DNA of 60,542 nucleotides, the filler included, from Squatina squatina (Eukaryota), in NCBI GenBank assembly GCA_031763465.1. It is 4 parts of 4 records of this genome, joined end to end, with 100 filler letters (N's around TTAATTAATTAA, not from the genome) between each part and the next. Parts side by side here need not be neighbours in the genome. Positions count along the whole stretch, not along the records: positions 1 to 12,963 come from JARFOE010000219.1; 3 more parts are not named here. One strand, written 5' to 3'. The notes beneath the pieces are model-generated. The model was not told the origin of the DNA. It worked only from the letters and a program-made list of their open reading frames with translations, and ran no database searches. Numbering within the stretch: position 1 is the stretch's first letter; each line of letters opens with the position of its first letter. Position numbers and translations under genes: made by a program. Positions 1 to 10,015 of the stretch are shown here, in pieces.

Positions 1-265
1 AGCAGGGGCGGAGACGAGCAATGTTATGGAAGTGGACGTAGGCAGTCTTAGTGAAGGAGCGGACGTGCAGTTGGAAGCTCATTTCAGGGTCAAGTAGGAC
101 ACCAAAGTTGTGAACGGTCTGGTTCAGCCTCTGACAGTAACCAGGGAGGCCGATGGAGTCAGTGGCAAGGGAAGGGAGTTTGTGATGGGGACCGAAGATA
201 ATGGCTTTGGTATTTACAGTGTTTAGTTGAAGGAAATTTCAGCTTACCAAGAACTGGATGTCTGA
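1..265 (-). mobile_element. L2-clade LINE ORF2 fragment (C-terminal RT region), degenerate
   Basis: Minus strand reads ...NFLQLNTVNTKAIIFGPHHKLPSLATDSI...LNQTVHNFGVLLDPEMSFQLHVRSFTKTAYVHFHNIARLRP, the typical L2 post-RT segment (NxLxLNxxKT...GVxxDxxLSF). Confidence 0.75.
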
Positions 266-626
266 CAGTCACATTCCAAATTTCTATTTGATGTATAGTT
301 AAAATCTGCTTATTGGGAAATTAAATCGTTTCTAAATAATGCTTCTAAGTAAACTGACCTTTTAGGAATCAAATACACAGGGAATCAATTGATACATCTT
401 GGAAACACTTTCCTTTAAATGAAGAACCCAATAATTTATGTCCGAACGAACAAGGACCAGTTATATCATTCAACTTCAGTGCTAGACAGAGAAAATATTT
501 AAATACATATCTATTTGATGTTGTAGTAGGAGCTTGCGTTTGAGTGATAATTGAATCAATACAGCGAAAGAAATGTTACTGCTACATGTATCTCTGAATA
601 TACATTTATCTGCTCATTGCCTGCAG

Positions 627-846
627 GGAATGCAGTCGAATTTTTGGAGAAGAAGGACTAACTCTGAGACTCTTCCTCAAAAGAACAGCCCCATTTTCTA
701 TCCTCTGGACATTGACTAATTACCTATATTTACTGGCTCTGAAGAGATTAACAGCCACAGATGCCTCTGCTCTCTTCTGTTGCAACAAAGCATTTGTCTT
801 CTTGCTGTCTTGGATTGTGCTCAAAGACAAATTCATGGGAGTTAGA
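627..846 (+). CDS. SLC35F4: SLC35F4 internal coding exon (220 nt)
   Basis: Acceptor ctgcag|G, donor AGA|gtaagt. Translates ECSRIFGEEGLTLRLFLKRTAPFSILWTLTNYLYLLALKRLTATDASALFCCNKAFVFLLSWIVLKDKFMGVR, nearly identical to remembered vertebrate SLC35F4. Not listed in the ORF track. Confidence 0.95.
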
Positions 847-1679
847 GTAAGTACCTATGATTAATGACAGCAATAAAAACATTTTTCTCCACAGGTGAAA
901 AACAGCAATGCAGTTTTTAACATAGAGTAAATCTATTTTAGCAGCATTAGAAAAACAACACAAATGAACTTTTGCAACTGTGATCGGTCATATTAATTTT
1001 ACTTACATCGTGTGAAATTTTGAGGAAATTATGGTTTAAAATAATGTAGAAGGACATTCCCCTGAAGCACAGAGTTGTACATAAAGTGTTTCCCTCCAGT
1101 AGGATTCAAATCGCTTATTAAAAATATTTTTTAATGCGAATGCATTGATTACATAACGGGCAAATGCTCCTGTCCTTGCCCCTAGGTGTATTGGCTTACA
1201 TGCACCACAGAGAGGATTTTTTTGGCAGAGAGGATCACATAAATTAATTGATGGAAAATCTGGCAGATTCACTTACGGGCGTGTCACCCTCCTGGCTAAT
1301 TTTTCTCTGCACCTAGGCAATCCAATATCCCAAGGCACAGGGACAAGAAAAACTGGCTCAAAATGTTGGCGATAAACTACAATGCAGAACTCCATAACAA
1401 TCAGGCCGATTTGTTTTGCTGTTTTAGGGCGGCGGCAGGGTGGTAGTACTATGAAAATTCGCAGTGATTATTTGTCCAAACAAGCTTGAGTTCTGTGCAT
1501 GTGCACCTGTCTGGAAGCTGAGCCGAGCTCTGTGGGCCGAGCCTAAATACCATCAAGCCCCATGACCGGAGCCACGCATTCGCACCCAATGCTCAAGCTC
1601 TGCATGTGCCTAGCCGCAGGACTGCGGCCTGAACCATGTTTCCTCATTTTTGCCAGTCCCTTCTGGCGTGGAATAGGTG

Positions 1680-1889
1680 AGGAGATTGGAGCGGGGAGAG
1701 GAGAGGGAATCGGAGCGAAGAGAGGAGAGGGGATCAGAACGGGGAGAGAAGAGTGGGGAGAGGAGAGAGTATCGGAGCAGAGAGAGGAGAGGGGATCGGA
1801 GCGGAGAGAGGAGAGGAGATCGGAGCGGAGAGGGGATCGGAGGGGGGAGAGGAGAGGAGATCGGAGCGGAGAGGGGATTGGAGGGGGGA
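1680..1889 (+). repeat. Purine-rich minisatellite, ~24-bp unit GGAGCGGAGAGAGGAGAGGGGATC, truncated by a gap
   Basis: Visible imperfect tandem repetition inside an SLC35F4 intron; explains the low-complexity ORFs at 1543-2047. Confidence 0.9.
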
Positions 1890-2122
1890 NNNNNNNNNNN
1901 NNNNNNNNNNNNNNNNNNNNNNNNNNNNNNNNNNNNNNNNNNNNNNNNNNNNNNNNNNNNNNNNNNNNNNNNNNNNNNNNNNNNNNNNNGAATGAAAGAA
2001 TATGTTTGTTAATATGGCACACTGGAGATTTGTTCACTTTAATCTAGCAGGAATTTTTAAAGCATGTTTAAAACATTTTCAATTCTCTTGCCCTCCCCTG
2101 TCCCCCATCATCTGTACAATAG

Positions 2123-2248
2123 ATAGTTGCTGCAATCATGGCAATTACCGGGATTGTAATGATGGCATATGCAGACGGTTTCCACGGCGATTCAATCATT
2201 GGAGTAGCATTGGCTGTTGGATCTGCCTCCACATCAGCATTATACAAG
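2123..2248 (+). CDS. SLC35F4: SLC35F4 internal coding exon (126 nt)
   Basis: Acceptor aatag|ATA, donor AAG|gtaaat. IVAAIMAITGIVMMAYADGFHGDSIIGVALAVGSASTSALYK, in phase with the previous exon. Confidence 0.95.
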
Positions 2249-3872
2249 GTAAATGCACCCAACTTGTATCTTCTAAAGATTAATCACATTTATGGTTCTG
2301 GGATAATGGCTCTTAACTCTTATAATTGGCATTCAGTGCCAGGTTAATGTGATTGTTACACGGTCAGTTCTGTCACGCACCTTTACTGGGCCAAATTTTA
2401 CCAGCTGCTTGCTGTAGTCGCTTCATCTCCCATCAACCTCTGGAGCCACACTCCTTCTCTTTGATGTACTACTGTTCTTTTGGAAAGCCGTTAAGAAATT
2501 TCAGAATCAACATTGCCCATCATTTACTGTATACATCCCAACTTTTAAATGGTTGGAAACTCGTTGGAATTCAGTGAGAGGATGATCCAGTGCTAATGTC
2601 AGTGCCAGTCCCAACATTCATTATCATATGTGACAACTTTTTTGAGTTGACTTTGAAAACTATTCTACACAGATGTTCTCTCAATAAAACACCTTTTATT
2701 TAAGAGTGACAACACTGCAGAGAGCAAACCTGAAAAAGTAGTCATACTCATCATAAAAATGAACAATAATACTTCTTTCTGATTTTTATTTCAAGTTTAC
2801 TGAACAGTGTATCGATATATCAGTCCCTGAACAACACACTGTCCCTTCAGTATTAATGTGATTGTTGCTATTTTCCATTTTTATGGATCTTTCTTCTTGC
2901 TTAATATCTAACAGCAATTTCATAAGCAGAACTTATTGTCTAATATTCAGATATCCTCACATAGGTGTGTACCTGGGGAATTAGTGGTTACCCCATCTCC
3001 AGTATTTACTTACTATATTTAATGTACTCTCACACTCTGCTACCAAAATCTCTTTGAAATTGTGGATTTACCATAGAGAAAACAGCGATTTCCAGACAAA
3101 AGCAATCAATATATTTATTTACAATCATATTGTTATAAAGCACAAAGGTCAGCTAATACTAGCAGTACATTACACAGCTATGNNNNNNNNNNNNNNNNNN
3201 NNNNNNNNNNNNNNNNNNNNNNNNNNNNNNNNNNNNNNNNNNNNNNNNNNNNNNNNNNNNNNNNNNNNNNNNNNNNNNNNNNGTGGGGATTTTAAGAGTT
3301 TGCATTGTGGGCAGAGAGCCCTACCTACCGACTGCAACTAGCAGACATTTAGGTACATACTACTCATAATTTTCCCAAGAATTAAATTAATGATGGGCAA
3401 TTATGGGTATTGTGTGCCCAAATTTTCAAGATTCACTTCCCGTGAATTTACTCCTACAAGCAAAATGGGGATCACCTTACAGGGATCACTCTCAAAATGA
3501 CCCCTTTAAGGTGATCTCCATTTTACTTATAGGAGGCAAAGGAAATGGCAAAGACTGTTTGGTAATTTTCAGAATTCTGAAGTTTAAAAAAATGAAGACA
3601 CAGCACATCTGATTCCTTAGGCTGGACTATGCACTGGCAACAAGTACAAATAAGTCAGGTGTAAAATGTAATATTTTCGCTATGAAACATACAGAAAGAA
3701 ACAACAGGATAATTCAAGGACTAATTATGAGGCATTTCTGAATAACTATCAAATTGCATATGGTTTTCCATTACTATATAATATGCCAGGTTATACTACA
3801 TTCAATTTGAAACATAAATAATAAATTGTAAAGGAACATTTTTAACTGAATTCAATTACCTTTTTTACACAG

Positions 3873-4114
3873 CTGTCGACCTTCTGAAACATGAGGTAAT
3901 ATTCAGTGTGGTGAGGTTGGCTGCAACTACCATTATATGCATCGGCTTCCTGCTCATGCTTCTTCCTGAAGAATGGGATGAAATAACTTTAAGGTTTATT
4001 AACAGATTAAAAGAGAAGAAAAATGAAGAACAAACAGAAGATGTCACAGAATCCAGCATCCACACTCGGAGCAGAAGTAGAGCAAATGGAACAGTTTCAA
4101 TTCCTTTAGCTTAA
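3873..4114 (+). CDS. SLC35F4: SLC35F4 last coding exon
   Basis: Acceptor ttttttacacag|CT. (A)VDLLKHEVIFSVVRLAATTIICIGFLLMLLPEEWDEITLRFINRLKEKKNEEQ...RANGTVSIPLA* matches the SLC35F4 C-terminus. Confidence 0.95.
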
Positions 4115-4323
4115 CAGCAGCTAAGTTTTTAAATGCACGGGAATGTATATTCTGTGAATATAATTTAGTGTTGTGAAACACAGTATGCTATTATGACAGT
4201 ATTACTTTTTGAAGTCAAGATCTACTGTATACAATATAAATATGATACAGTTAAGAAACTATAAAGAATACATTATTGCAATTTAAACTTTATAAAGTTA
4301 CATGGGAATGGGTGTTAATGTCT

Positions 4324-4329
4324 AATAAA
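4324..4329 (+). promoter_or_regulatory. Candidate polyadenylation signal of SLC35F4
   Basis: AATAAA ~210 nt after the stop, in AT-rich 3' UTR, followed by T-rich sequence. Confidence 0.45.
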
Positions 4330-4599
4330 GTTTTTGTAAAGAACGTCCTTGCATTGTTTTTTTATAATTTATTTAATAATACAGTTCTTTGGTTAAAAAG
4401 AGCATTTTGTCTTTTTGATTGTTGTTACTGCACTCAATTGTATTCTAACACAATCAAAATAAAAGACCTATCGAGCATACGTAGCAGTGTCCTATTTTGT
4501 CAGATATAGATCATGCTGCAACTTCTTTGAATATTGTTTAATTGCTGCAGTCAATGCACGGGAAATTTATGCTGGCAGCTCATTATAATGCTACCCATA

Positions 4600-4946
4600 C
4601 AGCTTATTGGCAGTGCGGTTGGCTGGGGGGCTGTGGGCAGGAATCAGATGTCACTGACACAACTCAAAGGCAGCCTGCACTTCTTAAAGGGGAGGTGTAC
4701 TGTGACTACAGGCAGCAGGAGGCAGTTTGAAACTGGACAACATGGCTGGAAGGCTTGCAGATTCTCAGATGCAACACTTGAGGCCCTCATTTAGGCAGTC
4801 GACAAGAGGAGGGTATTCTCACCAGCGGACAGAGAGTGCTCCAGGCAACAAACGCATCGACAGTGGGAAGAGGTGGCTTAGGAGATCAATTGCAGGGGCT
4901 TAGCTCCGAGGACCTGGTGGCAATGCCAAAAGAAGTTTAATGATCT
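4600..4946 (+). mobile_element. PIF/Harbinger transposon remnant, Myb/SANT protein fragment
   Basis: KACRFSDATLEALI*AVDKRRVFSP...QWEEVA*EINCRGLAPRTWWQCQKKFNDL: Harbinger Myb/SANT motif (RFS..LE.L...WEEVA...RT..QC.KKFNDL) with stops. Confidence 0.8.
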
Positions 4947-5364
4947 NNNNNNNNNNNNNNNNNNNNNNNNNNNNNNNNNNNNNNNNNNNNNNNNNNNNNN
5001 NNNNNNNNNNNNNNNNNNNNNNNNNNNNNNNNNNNNNNNNNNNNNNGGATCAACATGTGGAATAGACCCCCTGGTACACTGTTGGATACAAAAGCCTTGG
5101 AAACAATTAGATGCTTCAGTGGGGGGACTTTCAGATCTTTGTGGATGGATAAATTAAGATGGACCAATTTTTTTTAAAGAGACAGGCAGTAATAGTTGTG
5201 TGGACCATATTACAAATAGAAAACCTTTTAGCCTGAGATGTTTTATAATTTTGCTTGGAGAGACTAACATCATCTTCAGAAATTATTACACCTAATCTCC
5301 TGCTTTCAATGTTCTCTTGAATACATTTTGACAGCATTATCACAACCCCCACTTCTTCTCAAAG

Positions 5365-5460
5365 GCACAAGAAATACAAGCAGAAATTGCAAAGCAATTT
5401 TCTAGGAGACGGCAGCAAATCCAGAAGATACAATATGAAAAGAAACAAAGGCAGCAAGAG
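5365..5460 (+). CDS. CCDC198: CCDC198 (C14orf105) internal coding exon
   Basis: Acceptor cttcttctcaaag|GCA (alternative in-frame acceptor gives start 5335), donor GAG|gtcagt. AQEIQAEIAKQFSRRRQQIQKIQYEKKQRQQE resembles the coiled-coil exon ending ...RQE in remembered CCDC198; lies between SLC35F4 and the CCDC198 last exon. Confidence 0.65.
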
Positions 5461-6889
5461 GTCAGTTTTTAATAACTGTCAAATTATTGATGTGACTGGT
5501 TTTGTAATTAAATATTTACACTGCAGTAGATGGAAACCAAGATGGTTGGCCAATTCTCTCAATTGCGTTGAGTCATCATCTCAGGAGTACCACAAAAGTA
5601 TAGTGCTTATAAATTAATCTTTTTTGTCAGCTGCCCCAAATTTAATTTATGGCTAGTGCATACTCAGTGATGTTACCCATAGTAAGTTAGACAATACATT
5701 GTTTTATGCTATGTAAAGATATATAATGAATTATATCTATTATCTTTTATGACAGCAAGGATACAGAGGAAAGATGGTCGAGATCATCCACCAGGCTGCA
5801 GGTAGATAGGTAGCGTGTAGCAGTGTTGAGTACTGGTATGAAGAAAGTAGGTCAGATGGGTGAGAGGTCCGATGGTGACCGCGGGACTTCAGAAGGGATA
5901 AGAGGCCTGAGCAGCTGCAGTTGGTTTAGCGGATGGGTGAATACCATATTGAGTAAGTTAAAAGCACGGCTGGATTCATTAAATGAAAAGCGACCATGGG
6001 CTGCATCAACAGGAGGGAAATTGGTGGTAGTCGAGCAGGGTATTTAAAAAAAAATTAGACTGTGAGGTTATATTATGGGGGTTCAGAATAACATAGAGCT
6101 GCAATAAAATACACTGAAAATTAATTTTTATTATAAAATTTGAAGTTTTACTTACCTTTGGGAGTTCTTCCGCAGGAATTTAGCAGCGACAGTACCCCGG
6201 GAGTGCCCCACTCCGCGAGTGGTGACGATATCATCACCGTGCGCAGTGACTCATTTTTGCCCTGGAGCGAAATTTTCGTAGCGCCCCCTGATGCTATGCC
6301 GGGCGATGCCAGCGACAGCTTCGGAGGCTGTAGGATGCTCATCGGGCGAAATGTAAAGGGAAGGTGGTGATTTTTTTAAATGGCCGACTTACCGACAGCC
6401 NNNNNNNNNNNNNNNNNNNNNNNNNNNNNNNNNNNNNNNNNNNNNNNNNNNNNNNNNNNNNNNNNNNNNNNNNNNNNNNNNNNNNNNNNNNNNNNNNNNN
6501 TTATCTTGCCACCGTTTTGTTCCTTGGACCCAGGACCCCAGAGATCCTCTGTTCCATGGAAGGTTCAAGAACATCGACCATTACCAAGATTCTTCAGCCA
6601 CCCCTCTGTTTGGACCTCAATGGACAGATGAAGGTGCTTACTGCAGGCATAGGCTCAATTACGTTAGTTTGCTCTGGAAATCCTGGGACAGCGTTGTAGG
6701 GGTGGAAAGCTGACACAGGGTGTCTCTGCCCTGATGTTCATTTCAATGCACCAGGGAATTGAGCATTCCTTAGGCACAATGGAGTGAGAAATCTGCAGCC
6801 CAATATTTAAAGGTTTAAAAGTGAACGCTGTTCTACTTTAACAAAATAACAAACTAATTATGTTTTGGTTAATACTCCTTATTTTCTAG

Positions 6890-7137
6890 ATAATCCATGG
6901 AATGACTTGTCTTCTTCAATGCTCTTCATAAATGATAATTTGGGTGATGATAACCGCCTTAGGATACCTAAACAACTTATGAAGCATCAGACACAGCGAG
7001 ACGTTTTCAGCAACAGCTCCAGTAATGAATCCTTGGACTGCTGGATAAATAATACCAGACAGTCACAGCACAGACTGATGAGAACTAAGACCGAAAGGAT
7101 CCCAGTGTTTGATGAATTCTTTGATCAAGAATTATAG
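6890..7137 (+). CDS. CCDC198: CCDC198 (C14orf105) last coding exon
   Basis: Acceptor ttattttctag|AT. Ends ...SNSSSNESLD...RLMRTKTERIPVFDEFFDQEL*, matching the remembered human terminus LVRTRTERIPLFDEFFDQE; syntenic with SLC35F4. Confidence 0.9.
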
Positions 7138-7764
7138 CTATTTAGTTGAGCAGAACCAAGCCAAATAATTTCACAGACATATTTGACAATTTAATCAGTA
7201 CAGATACAGAAATATGGACAACTGTATCCAACCTGGAGTCTAGGGCCTTGAAATTGGAGCCTTTAGCATCAGCCATTAAGGCCAATTTGGAAGAGAAAAT
7301 GGCGGCTACATCGCTTCCAGCACAGAATGAGGCAGCCTCCATTTTGGGTAGGTCGGCAGCGCTGCCGTTGCTTGCGCTCGCTGCACATTTTAAATGATCC
7401 AGATCGTCATGTCAATCGGCATTCAATGCCTGAATTGACGCACAATCTCTGATTTTGGAAATTGTTTCTCTTAATAGCCCCCTCTCCAAACCATGCATGG
7501 AAGAGTGTACATGCAGCAGTACAATAGAGACACTGCCAGTGCTTCTTAAAGGGGCACACACGGCTTTCAAGTTCAGATTTTTGATTTTAGACGAGCTTCT
7601 TTAAATTTTATTNNNNNNNNNNNNNNNNNNNNNNNNNNNNNNNNNNNNNNNNNNNNNNNNNNNNNNNNNNNNNNNNNNNNNNNNNNNNNNNNNNNNNNNN
7701 NNNNNNNNNNNNAAGGGCCGAATGGCCTACTCCTGCACCTATTTTCTATGTTTCTATGTTTCTA

Positions 7765-8216
7765 AGACATTCTGTATTATTCCAACTAGAATAACTCCTG
7801 TTGGCACAAAGACCTTATTACCACTGACTAAACAAAAGAGGACGAACATAATGCAACTGAAGAAGGGAGTGAGAGACACCATACAACAATATCTGGTAAA
7901 GTTTGGGTATGATTTACCCTGCTGGAGGAGAATCTAACTGAGCTGGTAAATAAGATTGAACACACTGCTGAAACGTTTAAAGTCCTGAAGGTTGCTGCTT
8001 GGGAAAACTATCACCAGTGATATACCCTGATAGAATGACATTGGAATCACCAGAATCGAAATAACACCCTGGATGTTGCGATTATTATTGTGGGTCCAGT
8101 TGGTCAGTATGGTACTCCTAATGGGAGAATGGATGATAAGAATTCGGGAAAGAAGACGGCGTCAGCAAGACATGGTTGCAACGGTGTCGGTTGTAAAAAT
8201 CAAATGCCCAATTTAA
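7765..8216 (+). pseudogene. Decayed env-like ORF C-terminus of an endogenous retrovirus-like element
   Basis: Reconstruction across two compensating frameshifts (~7920, ~8000): FCIIPTRITPVGTKTLLPLT...YLVKFGYDLP/LEENLTELVNKIEHTAETFKVLK/TITSDIP**NDIGITRIEITPWMLRLLLWVQLVSMVLLMGEWMIRIRERRRRQQ...*. Heptad-like helix, hydrophobic segment and basic tail, directly upstream of a PPT and LTR. Confidence 0.65.
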
Positions 8217-8261
8217 GTGTCTCATGAGGGCCGAAAATTCATGAGTTGCTGGAGGGAGACA

Positions 8262-8887
8262 TGTAAGAAATGAACTGACATGTGGAACAGCTGCGGGATA
8301 CAGATAGTTAATTGCATGCTCACAGCATTCGTTGAAATTCCAAGAATGAAACATCAATTGAAATGCCAAGAATGAAATGAGAAGTCATGAGATGTCAATC
8401 ACCATCCTCACAGAATGGGTTAGCCCCAGATGCTTCGCAAGAGACATCAACCGCCATCCACACAGAATGAATCAGCACCCGATGTGTCTGGAGAGACAAG
8501 TATATCAGGCTCGAAGCTTTGGGAGATTCTAGTGTAGGATAAAGGAAAAAAAGGCACCAACATGACTGACTCAGCAAGATGTGAAACAATAAATATAAGT
8601 CAAAAAGATCAAACCTCTTAAACTGCAGTGGGGAAGAAGGGACCTGATCTGGTTAATCGGACCCAGAGGACCTACAATCAACATGGCCTGACTGTTTGTG
8701 AATGAATGTATGTATAAATTAACAATTATTGTGTAAAGCCATAGGTTTTGTTTTTGAGCGTAATAAGTGGAAAAAGTACTGATCAATTGCTAATAAAGTT
8801 AGAGTTGAATCAGATTAGATTTTGTCACAGTATTCTTCAGTAAGCCTTGGAGTCTGAACTCTCTTTGTGAGAAGACAAACTCTTACA
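8262..8887 (+). mobile_element. 3' LTR (626 bp) of ERV-like element
   Basis: Perfect 7-bp inverted termini TGTAAGA (8262-8268) and TCTTACA (8881-8887); purine tract GGAGGGAGACA at 8251-8261; TATAA 8594-8598; AATAAA 8792-8797. Confidence 0.8.
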
Positions 8888-8889
8888 GA

Positions 8890-9761
8890 ACATCGAAACA
8901 GGATTAAGCCATTCAGCCCCTTGAACCTGTTCTTCCATTCAATGAGATCATGGCCAATCTGTATCTTAACTCCATCAGCCAGCCTTGGCTCCATATTCTT
9001 TTATACACTTGTCTCGTAAAAATCTATCAATATCAGGTTTACAATTATTAATTGAGCTAATATCTACTGCTTTTTTTTAACATGAAAAGTGTTTCTTAAC
9101 TTCTCTCCTGAATGGCCTGGTTCCGATTTTAAGGTTGTGTCCCCTTATACTAGACTTCCCCACCAGGGGAGAAAGTTTCTCTTTAACTATCCTATCAATT
9201 CTTTCCAAAATCCTACAAACCTCAATCAAATCACTCCTTAATCTTTTATATTCCAAAGAATACAAGCCTAGTTTATGTGATCTCTCCTCAAAATCAAACC
9301 CTTGGAGTCCTGGTAACATCCTGGTGAATCTGCGCTGCATTCCTTCCAAGGCCGATCTATCCTTTCTAAGGTGCAGTGTCCAGAACTGTACACAGTGCTC
9401 CAGATGTGGTCTAACCAGAGCTTTGTGTAGCCGTAGCAAAACTTTTTAATATTCTAACCCTCTAGTTATAAAGGCTAACATTCCAATAGCCTTTTTGATT
9501 ATTTTTTGTACCTGACTGCTACATTTTAGTAATCCATGTTCATGGACTTCTAAATCTCTTTGGACTTCCATTGTTCCTAGCTCTTCACCATTTAAATAAT
9601 ACTCAGACCTATCCTTTTCTGCTCCAAAATGGATGATCTCACACTTAGCTGCATTGAAATCCATCTGCCATAGTTTCGCCCACTCACTTAATCTATCAAT
9701 GTCGCTTTGTAATTTTATGCCCGCGCCTCCATTCCTTACTGTACCACCAATCTTTGTGTCA
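8890..9761 (-). mobile_element. CR1 LINE 3' part (RT C-terminus plus 3' UTR)
   Basis: DTKIGGTV...LQSDIDRLSEWAKLWQMDFNAAKCEIIHFG and LVRPHLEHCVQFW...LEGMQRRFTRMLPGL...RGHNLKI are classic CR1 ORF2 motifs; frameshifted. Confidence 0.92.
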
Positions 9762-9861
9762 NNNNNNNNNNNNNNNNNNNNNNNNNNNNNNNNNNNNNNN
9801 NNNNNNNNNNNNNNNNNNNNNNNNNNNNNNNNNNNNNNNNNNNNNNNNNNNNNNNNNNNNN

Positions 9862-10015
9862 AGGCCATTCGGCCCTTCGAGCCTGCTCCGCCATTCAATA
9901 TGATCATGGCTGATCCTCTATCTCAACTCCATGTTCCCACTTTCTCCCCATATCCCTTGATGCCTTTAGTATCCAGAAATCTATCTATCTCCTTCTTGAA
10001 TCTATTCAGCAGTTG
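9862..10015 (-). mobile_element. CR1 3' tail fragment
   Basis: ggccattcggcccttcgagcctgctccgccattcaat...gatcatggctgatc is the reverse complement of the CR1 3' UTR also seen at 22780-22875 and 43400-43500. Confidence 0.8.

Noticed and set aside
1543-2047. Long ORFs on both strands
   Set aside because: Produced by a purine-rich minisatellite plus an N gap.
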